Origin: an archaeon
GTDB taxonomy: Archaea; Nanobdellota; Nanobdellia; Woesearchaeales; JBDRIN01
Length of the DNA stretch: 42,979 nucleotides
Assembly: GCA_043815805.1 (NCBI GenBank)
Contig: JBDRIN010000076.1
Span: 1-42,979 of the forward strand
Direction: 5' to 3'
The position numbers were made by a program, and so were the translations under genes. This document shows, piece by piece, positions 7,916 through 15,434 of this stretch (the stretch's first letter is position 1; each line of letters opens with the position of its first letter). The notes beneath the pieces are model-generated. The model saw only the letters and a program-made list of their open reading frames with translations, had not been told where the DNA came from and made no database searches.

Positions 7916-8182
7916 TGCAGAATCAAGAAAAAATCTATTCCTCCAGCGAAATTCTTCTATGTTTGCGACGGAACTGTAATCAAAGACATAAACGATTTAT
8001 TAGAGCATCTCAGCGCCATGGAACCTGCTGTGTTCTATCATCACTGCAACGAGCAAAGGAATGACTTCCATAACTGGATCCGAGACGTCTTCGACGAGAA
8101 AAGACTGGCTAATTCTATAAAGTGCCTTGACACCAAGGAAAAGGTGATGAAGCAGCTGTTTCATCATGTTTTTAGCTATTAA
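7916..8182 (+). CDS. Small conserved-looking ORF with no in-frame start codon; the upstream ATG (7915) is one frame off across an A6 run (7928-7933)
   Basis: Own translation of the open frame: RIKKKSIPPAKFFYVCDGTVIKDINDLLEHLSAMEPAVFYHHCNEQRNDFHNWIRDVFDEKRLANSIKCLDTKEKVMKQLFHHVFSY*. The only in-frame ATG is at 8018, giving 54 aa. Removing one A from the A6 run joins ATG 7915 to this frame. Confidence 0.35.
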   Translation, partial: CRIKKKSIPPAKFFYVCDGTVIKDINDLLEHLSAMEPAVFYHHCNEQRNDFHNWIRDVFDEKRLANSIKCLDTKEKVMKQLFHHVFSY

Positions 8183-8185
8183 GCG

Positions 8186-8198
8186 AAAAATTTAAAAG
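8186..8198 (+). promoter_or_regulatory. TATA-like element (aaaaatttaaaag) upstream of the DUF4382 gene
   Basis: It lies ~40 nt upstream of ATG 8234. SD GAGGTG at 8222-8227 has a 6-nt spacer. Confidence 0.4.
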
Positions 8199-8233
8199 AC
8201 TCCTCTGTTATATCAATTCTTGAGGTGTTATAC

Positions 8234-9904
8234 ATGAAGAAAATATTGTTTATTCTATTGATTTTGGCAGCTGTGCTAGTAATTGCTGGCTGTAAGACAA
8301 CGACAGATGACCCCGCTACGAGTGGAGAGACAGGAACGGTCTATTTTGCCATTTCAGATCCTGGCTTCATGGAAGGCATCACCAGCGTCGAAATAACCGT
8401 GACCGGTATCTCTGTCAAGGATTCTGATGGTGAATGGACTACCATAACAACAGAGCCAAGCACTTATGATCTCGTAGAGCTAGATGTTGCACAAGCTATC
8501 GAACTCATAGAAGAGACTGAGATCATAGAAGGAACCTACACCGAGATAAGATTAGAGATTGGCCAGGTCAAAGTCATGAAGAATAACGAGGAACAAGATG
8601 CAGTTCTTCCAAGCAACAGATTGATGATCAAATCTCAGTTCACAGTCAAGGCTGGAGAGCCAACACTGCTTGAGTTCCAATTCCTGGGAGGAGAATCCTT
8701 GCATGAGACGGGAGAAGGCAAGATGATCATGACACCTGTGATGAACATGCACCGCTACGAGAACGCAGAAGTCGAGATGGGCGAGCAGAACCGCATCAGA
8801 GTCACAACCCAAGCGAGAAAACAGACCGAGCAATTCGGCATGAACCTAGAAGGAACTATGGAAAAAGGCAAAAAGATAGGTCTGGCCGAAGAGCTTGAAG
8901 TTGGAGAGAACGGAAAGGTCGTGAAGAAAGGCATACCAGAAGATGCTGGTACTGGAGATTCTGGACAAGGATCTGGAGAAGGACAGATGCAAGGCACTGG
9001 CAACGTCGTATTTACCATAACTGATGCACAAGACGAGTTGGATGTGACTTCTTTAGAAATAACTATAGAAAAGCTGGAAGTTCATAAATCTGTTTCTGCC
9101 AGAAATGGCACCAACGAAAGCGAAGAGAATGAAGGAGAATGGATAACCATATTCGAAGAAGAGAAAACATATGAACTCCTTGAACTGGTAGATGTAGAAG
9201 CGCTATTAGGAGAAGCAACCCTCGAAGCCGGCCATTACACCCAAATTAGGCTTTATGTCACAGCTGCCACAGCAATTGTGGACGGAGAGACTGTCAGTGT
9301 GATTGTGCCTAGCAATGCTTTGAAGATTGTAAGAGCCTTTGATGTCATCGGAGATGAGACAACTGTCGTAAGCATAGACTTCATACCTGGCAAATCATTG
9401 CATAAGACGGGCAATGGAATCTACAGATTAAAGCCAACCATAAAGATGACTGTCTATAAGGGTGCAGAAATCGAAATAGGTGATGAAGAAGTCGAAGACG
9501 TTGATGATGACAACGAAACTGAAGAGCCAGAATGCACTGCCGGTTGGTTCTGCATTGATGACATGACTGCCGCATATGAAACAGACAACTGCACCATAAT
9601 CAACACAACTATGTGTGATTATATGTGCGAAGACGGAGCTTGCATAGACGATCCGACCCCAACAAACACAACAAACGAGACAACACTGACCTGCACAGCA
9701 GCATGGAACTGCGTTGACTCCACCAGGATTTATCAAGAAGAAGACTGCTCCTGGAGAGAAGACGACAGTGTATACTGCACTTACGGCTGCTTAGACGGCG
9801 AATGCAAGGCAAAGCCAAGGAAGATCAAATTGATCTCAGCTGTAGAGATCCCAACGTATGACAGCAAGACAGTTAGTGGAGAATTAGACGCAACTGAGAT
9901 CTAG
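8234..9904 (+). CDS. Secreted lipoprotein with two tandem DUF4382-like beta-sandwich domains and two C-terminal Cys-rich modules
   Basis: Signal/lipobox MKKILFILLILAAVLVIAGC. The pattern V(Y/V)F(A/T)I(S/T)D...(T/L)S(V/L)EIT(V/I)...W..I......Y(D/E)L(V/L)EL.....EGTYT(E/Q)IRL...(V/I)(L/V)PSN.L(M/K)I occurs twice. The Cys modules are CTAGWFCIDD...CDYMCEDGAC and CTAAWNCVDS...CTYGCLDGEC (nt 9533-9805). I prefer ATG 8234 over the track's GTG 8225, which is part of the SD. Confidence 0.7.
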   Translation: MKKILFILLILAAVLVIAGCKTTTDDPATSGETGTVYFAISDPGFMEGITSVEITVTGISVKDSDGEWTTITTEPSTYDLVELDVAQAIELIEETEIIEGTYTEIRLEIGQVKVMKNNEEQDAVLPSNRLMIKSQFTVKAGEPTLLEFQFLGGESLHETGEGKMIMTPVMNMHRYENAEVEMGEQNRIRVTTQARKQTEQFGMNLEGTMEKGKKIGLAEELEVGENGKVVKKGIPEDAGTGDSGQGSGEGQMQGTGNVVFTITDAQDELDVTSLEITIEKLEVHKSVSARNGTNESEENEGEWITIFEEEKTYELLELVDVEALLGEATLEAGHYTQIRLYVTAATAIVDGETVSVIVPSNALKIVRAFDVIGDETTVVSIDFIPGKSLHKTGNGIYRLKPTIKMTVYKGAEIEIGDEEVEDVDDDNETEEPECTAGWFCIDDMTAAYETDNCTIINTTMCDYMCEDGACIDDPTPTNTTNETTLTCTAAWNCVDSTRIYQEEDCSWREDDSVYCTYGCLDGECKAKPRKIKLISAVEIPTYDSKTVSGELDATEI

Positions 9905-10285
9905 TTCGTCTGGCTTTATTATTTTTATTTTTTTATATTCTTTTAGTTTCAACAAATGCTTATCATAAGTGACAATATACTCTGAATTGCTTTCAACTGC
10001 ACATTCAATTATTTTATTATCTGCAGAATCGTCTTTTACGATGTTTATTTTCTTTTTTGGTTCGACTAACCTAATGAACTCACTAAGTCCATTCAGAATG
10101 TCGATTATTTCTTTTTTGCTCCTGTTGAAATCCCTTTCTAAGACTTTAATTAATTCTTCAAGAATTTCTTTTGATGTGTAAACCTTCACATTTTCTGTTA
10201 TCAATTTGCGCAATAACTTGTAGCATTCGCTGTGTTTCCATTGCGTAGCTGAAACTAAGAAATTGGTGTCCAAGGTAACTCTCAT
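9884..10285 (-). CDS. vapC: PIN-domain ribonuclease toxin (VapC-like)
   Basis: MRVTLDTNFLVSA (first acidic D), DDSADNKIIECAV and IVTYDKHLL are PIN-family acidic motifs. It starts 1 nt after the AbrB-type gene. Confidence 0.8.
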   Translation of the reverse strand: MRVTLDTNFLVSATQWKHSECYKLLRKLITENVKVYTSKEILEELIKVLERDFNRSKKEIIDILNGLSEFIRLVEPKKKINIVKDDSADNKIIECAVESNSEYIVTYDKHLLKLKEYKKIKIIKPDELDLSCV

Positions 10286-10286
10286 T

Positions 10287-10562
10287 TTATGGTTTTACGC
10301 CTCTTAACCTATGTATCATGTCGGGGACGTCTTTTTCCTTGATTCCTAGTCGTTCAGCGTTTTTTGTGCCTTCTTCTGCAATCCTTTGTAAGTTCTGAAG
10401 GATTTGTTCTTTAGATGGCTTCTTTATCTTCTTCAACACAATGCTATCTTCGCTGCTAGCTACTGCGAATATCGAGCCTTCACCTAAATGAAGCTCTTCT
10501 CTTATGCATCGCGGAATCACAATCTGTCCTTTTGTTGACATTTTTACTGTTTCTACAACCAT
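10287..10562 (-). CDS. vapB: AbrB/SpoVT-MazE family antitoxin (VapB-like)
   Basis: STKGQIVIPRCIREELHLGEGSIFAV is a swapped-hairpin AbrB/SpoVT motif. Length is 91 aa, directly upstream of the PIN gene. Confidence 0.8.
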   Translation of the reverse strand: MVVETVKMSTKGQIVIPRCIREELHLGEGSIFAVASSEDSIVLKKIKKPSKEQILQNLQRIAEEGTKNAERLGIKEKDVPDMIHRLRGVKP

Positions 10563-10576
10563 TTTTCACCTTCAAT

Positions 10577-10605
10577 CTTACTTTCTTACAGTAAGATATA
10601 CTTAC
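10577..10605 (-). promoter_or_regulatory. Candidate VapB operator: CTTAC x3 plus inverted GTAAG, including the palindrome cttacagtaag, overlapping the vapBC TATA region
   Basis: Read directly: cttac at 10577, 10585 and 10601; gtaag at 10591. The site is 15-45 nt upstream of ATG 10562. SD gaaggtga lies between the site and the ATG. Confidence 0.4.
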
Positions 10606-10631
10606 TTATAATGTTTTCGGTTTTGATTGTA

Positions 10632-10660
10632 GAAAAAAATAAAAGAAAAAACAAAGAAAT
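10632..10660 (-). terminator. Oligo-T tract terminator after radA
   Basis: The minus strand directly after the radA stop reads TTTCTTTGTTTTTTCTTTTATTTTTTTCT. Archaeal intrinsic termination uses T-runs. Confidence 0.45.
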
Positions 10661-10662
10661 AT

Positions 10663-11625
10663 CTAAGCATCTATAAGCTTCTCTTCGGTAACCATGAAGA
10701 CCGCTTCACCATCAGGCAAGTTCGGGCTGTCGACCAATTTAGCGACTCTTGTGCCTTTCTTGCCTCTTCGCAGATAAATCCTAAAGGTGCTGTTATGTGC
10801 TACAACATGGCCTCCGATAGCTTCTGTGGGGTCCCCGAAGAACTGATCTGGTTTTGACATGACCTGATTGGTCACATAGACACACAGGTTGTTCACGTCT
10901 GCAACTTTTGCCAAGACATGCATGTGCTTATTAAGCTTCTGCTGCCTCTCAGCCAATGTTCCACGGCCAATGAACTCTGCCCTGAAGTGTGCTGTGAGAG
11001 AATCCACAATCACGACTCTGACCTTCAAGCCTTGCTTGATAAGATCCTCAACTTTCTCAGCCAATAACATCTGGTGGTCTGAGTTGAAAGCTCTTGCAAC
11101 CTTAATGTTTTTCAAGACTTTTTCAGGGTCAAGTTTTGCTCCTTTGGCAAACTGGATTATCCTTTCTGGCCTGAACGTGTTCTCAGTATCTATATATACT
11201 GCCACGGCAGTAGGATCTCCAATCTGGCAGTTCACAGCCAAAGCATGGGCTATCTGGGTCTTGCTGCTTCCATATGCTCCGAAGCATTCTGTTATGGCGC
11301 TGGTCTCCATGCCTCCACCGAGCAGAGTATCGAAATTGCTGCTGCCTGTGGTTAGCTTCAGTATGGTCTCTCTCTTCTTCAAGAGGTCTGAGCCGGACTG
11401 GAAGCCCATGTCAAGATTCTGCCTTGCGTGGTGTATCACTTTCTTTGCCACTGCCTGACTAAACCCTGCTGCGTCTATTAGTTCTCCTGGCGTGGCTACT
11501 GCCAGAGCCATCAAAGTATCGAACCCTGCGGCAATCATTTTTTCTGCTGTCGCAGCTCCTACTCCTGGAAGATCTTGTATACTCATTTCTGATTTTGCTT
11601 TTGTCATTAATATCACCTTTTGCAT
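10663..11625 (-). CDS. radA: DNA repair and recombination protein RadA
   Basis: N-terminal HhH (IQDLPGVGAATAEKMIAAGF), Walker A region ECFGAYGSSKTQIAH, Walker B VRVVIVDSLTAHFRAEF, GRGTLAERQQKLNKHMH and GGHVVAHNSTFRIYLRRGK. SD AGGAGGT sits 8 nt upstream. Confidence 0.92.
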   Translation of the reverse strand: MQKVILMTKAKSEMSIQDLPGVGAATAEKMIAAGFDTLMALAVATPGELIDAAGFSQAVAKKVIHHARQNLDMGFQSGSDLLKKRETILKLTTGSSNFDTLLGGGMETSAITECFGAYGSSKTQIAHALAVNCQIGDPTAVAVYIDTENTFRPERIIQFAKGAKLDPEKVLKNIKVARAFNSDHQMLLAEKVEDLIKQGLKVRVVIVDSLTAHFRAEFIGRGTLAERQQKLNKHMHVLAKVADVNNLCVYVTNQVMSKPDQFFGDPTEAIGGHVVAHNSTFRIYLRRGKKGTRVAKLVDSPNLPDGEAVFMVTEEKLIDA

Positions 11626-11674
11626 TTTTGGTAACCTCCTTGATTTAATAAAGCTTGCTACTAGAAACTCGAAA

Positions 11675-11692
11675 CCGGTACGTTAGTACCGG
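11675..11692 (-). terminator. 7-bp GC-containing hairpin (ccggtac-gtta-gtaccgg) 4 nt after the stop of the upstream gene, followed by U-rich sequence
   Basis: Read directly. The minus-strand RNA is UAA-AUUU-CCGGUAC-UAAC-GUACCGG-UUUCGAGUUUCU. Confidence 0.35.
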
Positions 11693-11696
11693 AAAT

Positions 11697-11966
11697 TTAG
11701 CAAGCAACTACCTCTTCATCTATTCTATCGTTGTTCAAAGCCACAAATTCATAGGCTTTTCCTAGGACGAGCATTGCTTTGGGCAAATCGTTCACTCTTA
11801 GAGAAGTCGTGGTTTGCCAAATGCCGCTCTTATCTTTGTAGTTCCTCTCGAAAGAAACAGTTCGGTATGTTATTTTTTCTTTGTCTTGTGTCTGGCCCTG
11901 ATTTTTCCAGACTGTGGCAGAAATAGCGCCTGCCCTAAACTTTTTTTCAGGTTGGTTTTCACTCAT
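11697..11966 (-). CDS. Small (89 aa) protein, possibly a PC4/Sub1-like ssDNA-binding fold
   Basis: KFRAGAISATVWKNQGQTQDKEKITYRTVSFERNYKDKSGIWQTTTSLRVNDLPKAMLVLGKAYEFV. I place the start at ATG 11966 because GGAGGA lies 8 nt upstream. The track's longer 118-aa form has no such signal. Confidence 0.55.
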   Translation of the reverse strand: MSENQPEKKFRAGAISATVWKNQGQTQDKEKITYRTVSFERNYKDKSGIWQTTTSLRVNDLPKAMLVLGKAYEFVALNNDRIDEEVVAC

Positions 11967-12139
11967 TTTACTTTCCTCCTTGCTTATCGCATCTTGTTTC
12001 AACAACCCCTTGATTATGCGCTGCAAGGGCGCCAGGGTCGGGAGTACAGCCACCTTTTTCTGATGGCTGCAATAAGTAAGAAGGTGGTTTTATTTATATA
12101 CCTTACGCGCACATGTCCAGTGCTGTTTTGGCGGAAATC

Positions 12140-12580
12140 TTACAGAATCAACCACGAATCCAACAAAATAAAGACAACAAACAGAGAAAAGTCAATTATT
12201 CCTGAGAACTTATGCCTTTTGCCATACTTTATCTCAGCCGGCAAGAACAAGGCTATCCTGCCATCTAGCATATCTAGCACTAAATGCGAGAAATAAGCGA
12301 TGGCAAACACAACCATGTAGATAGCATTCTGGAATATCAGAAAAACCACAGCAGAAAATATGACTAAGACAAGCAAGGAATGTATTATTCCGCGATGCCT
12401 GAAGAGCTTGCCGCCGATCTTCACATGTCTGCCGAGCAAAGAACGGCCATGATCAACATCAGGAAGTGCAGCCCCAAGCAGGCCAAGGATTATGATGATA
12501 ATTATATTAAGGTCAGAAAAAACCTTTGCAAACAACAATGCTATCAACAAGCCAGCTGCTAAGTGTGTGTGGCCTCTCAT
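12140..12580 (-). CDS. Membrane-bound metal-dependent hydrolase, YdjM/DUF457 family
   Basis: MRGHTHLAAGLLIAL, PDVDHGRS and HRGIIHSLL are His-rich motifs embedded in four hydrophobic helices. Confidence 0.65.
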   Translation of the reverse strand: MRGHTHLAAGLLIALLFAKVFSDLNIIIIIILGLLGAALPDVDHGRSLLGRHVKIGGKLFRHRGIIHSLLVLVIFSAVVFLIFQNAIYMVVFAIAYFSHLVLDMLDGRIALFLPAEIKYGKRHKFSGIIDFSLFVVFILLDSWLIL

Positions 12581-12589
12581 TTTCTAGAA

Positions 12590-13444
12590 TCAGATGCACC
12601 ATCTGCCATCAAAGTAGTCAGAGTGCTTGTCACAGCAGAAAGTGCCGCCTTTCCTGAACTCTCCTGCGTCGTCACCGCAGCATTCGAAATTAGAAGGGGC
12701 TGCTTCATCGTATTCTCCAAAAGCCTGTCTTTCAGCGCTCTCTGCCCAGTACATGCCCTGCTGTTCTATGCAGTCTCCTTCAAAGCCATCTAAATCAGCC
12801 CATTTGCCTTGCTTGCATATCTCTCCTGCAACCCCATCGCCGTCAAGGTCAAGAAGCTCTCCTTCTGCATAACATACAGATTCATAGACACAGTCAGAGG
12901 TCTTCTGGCAGCAGGCAATGTCTGACGTATCATCTTCTCTGCCTATAGAGAACTCATTCATCTTGTCGTCACCGTGGCTATAGGCCTTGAAATAGGTCAC
13001 AAACTCCATGGAGTCGTCGCCGCAGCACTTGGGATCATACTCCTTCAACAGTTCTTGTGGATAAATAAGATTATAACATCTATATTTACATAATCCTTGG
13101 TTTTCCATGACAAAGATGCAATGGTCCTCATCAAGATCAGGGTCTCCTGAGAATGCTGCTCCTCTGGAAAGGAGACTATCAGGATTCAAGGTCACCCCAA
13201 TCAGAAAAACGCATAGTAAGATGCCTATGAAAGCATAAGCAGCAATATGAGAATGCATCTTATCAGCTGGTCCTGGCAAAGGCTGATACTTGCTCTTGGG
13301 AAAGAAAGGGGTCTTCCTTTTTGCCTTTTGCTTCTTTTCAAAATTAGGCGCCCTAGGCGGCCTTAAAGGATCCGGAACATATTTCTTAGGCATGATAAAC
13401 AAGATAAGAAAGTTCATATTTAAATGTTTTGCTAAGATAATCAC
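12590..13444 (-). CDS. Type-II membrane-anchored Cys-rich protein with a repeated CCGDD motif (start uncertain: GTG 13444, ATG 13417 or ATG 13393)
   Basis: Basic N-terminus, TM AAYAFIGILLCVFLIGV, and an ectodomain with KCCGDDSMEF, ECCGDDAGEF and FCCDKHSDYFDGRWCI. Confidence 0.55.
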   Translation of the reverse strand: MIILAKHLNMNFLILFIMPKKYVPDPLRPPRAPNFEKKQKAKRKTPFFPKSKYQPLPGPADKMHSHIAAYAFIGILLCVFLIGVTLNPDSLLSRGAAFSGDPDLDEDHCIFVMENQGLCKYRCYNLIYPQELLKEYDPKCCGDDSMEFVTYFKAYSHGDDKMNEFSIGREDDTSDIACCQKTSDCVYESVCYAEGELLDLDGDGVAGEICKQGKWADLDGFEGDCIEQQGMYWAESAERQAFGEYDEAAPSNFECCGDDAGEFRKGGTFCCDKHSDYFDGRWCI

Positions 13445-13449
13445 CTTTT

Positions 13450-14307
13450 TTACCCAGATAAAATGGTATAGAAACTGAATTTATCCTTCAACAGTTTCCC
13501 ATGCAGCTCTTGTGCTTCCCCTGCCTTTACCAAGTCCCTGAAGGTTACTACAGTTGCATCCAACTTGTCTAAGCTATTCAAGAGGGCGAGATAATTACTG
13601 TATTTGTATATATCCAATCCTCCTTCAGTCACATAGTCCTGGGGATGGATCATGATGATGCAGGTCTCTCCTTTGTCAAGGGTTTCTTTGCAGTCTGATA
13701 ATACTTTTTTATGGTCAACGAACTCCCTGGTGGTCCAGTCGAATGTAGATTGGGTGAAATCAAACTCTGACTCGCCATGACCGGCAGATATCGCCTTGAA
13801 GCCGTTTGCCTCAAGAGCTTCTCTTGTTCCATCACTGAGGAAATTGTTTGGAGGGATAAAAGTTATAACTTCTTTCTCTATCTTATGCAGCTCGCCCAGT
13901 CCTTTCTTTATTTTCTTATCAGCGTCTTCATAAGACAAATCCACGAATTCTTCGAATGAATTATCATATCCATGCAGGCCTATCTCTAATTCACATCTGT
14001 GCTCTCTCAAGAACTTGACTATCTCTTTGTCCTTGTGAAGCCCGATGGGTATCACTGACAATGAAACTGTCTTGTCTCTAGTCAGGGCATCCTGGATCAT
14101 CCTCATCTGTATATCTGACCAGACATGTGCCTGTATGTCATCTATTCTAAGAACGATGTTTCTTTGGCTTGTCTCATGATATTCTACTTTGCAATTATTT
14201 GGTATTATTCGGTCAGAGATCAGATTATGTGCCATCGCGTTTATGGTAAAAATGATCAGGCCTAATATGATTATCACAATAAGTATAGGTATCAAGAGCG
14301 GCTTCAT
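13450..14307 (-). CDS. Polysaccharide deacetylase-fold protein (DUF2334/NodB-like) with an N-terminal TM anchor
   Basis: MKPLLIPILIVIIILGLIIF anchor, VLRIDDIQAH (xRxDD motif), ELEIGLHGYDN and TCIIMIHPQD. I prefer ATG 14307 (GGGGT SD-like sequence upstream) to the track start 14388. Confidence 0.6.
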   Translation of the reverse strand: MKPLLIPILIVIIILGLIIFTINAMAHNLISDRIIPNNCKVEYHETSQRNIVLRIDDIQAHVWSDIQMRMIQDALTRDKTVSLSVIPIGLHKDKEIVKFLREHRCELEIGLHGYDNSFEEFVDLSYEDADKKIKKGLGELHKIEKEVITFIPPNNFLSDGTREALEANGFKAISAGHGESEFDFTQSTFDWTTREFVDHKKVLSDCKETLDKGETCIIMIHPQDYVTEGGLDIYKYSNYLALLNSLDKLDATVVTFRDLVKAGEAQELHGKLLKDKFSFYTILSG

Positions 14308-14402
14308 CTTACCCCATTTCAATAGGTTAAAATGGAACAGTATGCCTAGGTTGACTAGCAGATTCAATCCTCCTGTCGGGTGTAACATTCTTGGATACCT
14401 CT

Positions 14403-15434
14403 TTAATACCTCTCTGGCTTATACCAGACCATGTTCTTATTGTTGAAGACGAATTCTTTGAAAAAAGTATAGATGAATACTATCTGCTCGCCTACGCCAA
14501 GTATATATTGGTGGGGCAGGTAAAGGAATAGTTCCGGCCTTTTGAACTTGATTATGCCATAAGCTGATGATGCTGCAACAACAACTATGTGCAGTAAGAT
14601 CAGCCCTAGGAAAAAGTTCAGACTGTATAGTATGAATAGCGGCGACAGCAGGAAAAACATGCCCATGATCAATCCTTCCAGATAGAGCAGGGATAATATC
14701 AAGGCGTTGTTTGGCTGCGCCATGATGGCAAAATTCTTCTTGAGGCATGTCCAGCTGCCGGAATACCACCTGTAGAGCTGCCTGTAATAAGAGTTCAGTG
14801 TGTTGGGGTCTTGGGTATACACGATTGCACGGTTATTGAAGAATATTTTTTTGCCAGCTATCTTTAATTTATAGGTGAAATCCAGGTCTTCTGTGATATT
14901 GTCATGGTCAAACGTGACTGTCTCTCTAAAATCTTTTGTCCTGAATGCAGATGCGCAGCCAGCCAACACGAATACTGCGTTGATATGCGCCTGCGCCTGT
15001 TTGTAGATGGTTTGGCCTGTCAAGTAATTGATCTCCCTTACAGAAGTTATCCAGTTGACCCTTTCGGATTCTACAAACCCGCAGATAGCAGAGTATTCTG
15101 GCTGTTCTCTGAACGTCTTTTTTATCTGTTTTACAAAATCAACGTGAAGCTTTGTGTCTGCGTCTGCTGTGACAAAGAGATCTGTCTTTACTGTTTTTAG
15201 GCCTTGCTCCTGCGCCTTGGACTTGTTGCCTGTGTTTTTGCTTAGGTCAATTATCTTTATCTTGTTACCATATGTTTCGAGAATTTTAAGGGTCTTGTCT
15301 TTGGAGCCGTCATTGACCACTATGATCTGGTCTGCTTTTTCTGATTGGTTTAGACAGGAATCTACTGTCTTCTTTATGGTCTTCTCCTCATTATACGCAG
15401 GTATAAGTATACTTAAAGTTAATTTTTCACCCAA
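14403..15434 (-). CDS. Processive family-2 glycosyltransferase (NodC/PgaC/chitin-synthase-like), TTG start
   Basis: LSILIPAYNEEKTI, IIVVNDGSKDKT, TADADT, ITEDLDFTYKL and QLYRWYSG (QxxRW), plus a C-terminal TM bundle. TTG 15434 is preceded by GGTGGGGG and an in-frame TGA. Confidence 0.85.
   Translation of the reverse strand: MGEKLTLSILIPAYNEEKTIKKTVDSCLNQSEKADQIIVVNDGSKDKTLKILETYGNKIKIIDLSKNTGNKSKAQEQGLKTVKTDLFVTADADTKLHVDFVKQIKKTFREQPEYSAICGFVESERVNWITSVREINYLTGQTIYKQAQAHINAVFVLAGCASAFRTKDFRETVTFDHDNITEDLDFTYKLKIAGKKIFFNNRAIVYTQDPNTLNSYYRQLYRWYSGSWTCLKKNFAIMAQPNNALILSLLYLEGLIMGMFFLLSPLFILYSLNFFLGLILLHIVVVAASSAYGIIKFKRPELFLYLPHQYILGVGEQIVFIYTFFKEFVFNNKNMVWYKPERY

Noticed and set aside
10889-11458. 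189-aa plus-strand ORF inside radA.
   Set aside because: It is antisense to a confidently identified RadA and its composition is Ser/Leu/Cys-rich. This is typical shadow-ORF behaviour.
14308-14388. 27-codon extension of the deacetylase-fold gene (MLHPTGGLNLLVNLGILFHFNLLKWGK).
   Set aside because: The internal ATG 14307 gives a standard MK-plus-TM anchor and has a G-rich SD-like sequence. The extension is not excluded, so the call is tentative.
14437-14769. 110-aa minus-strand ORF in an alternative frame within the GT2 gene.
   Set aside because: It is fully nested in a gene with complete GT2 motifs and has no independent start signals.
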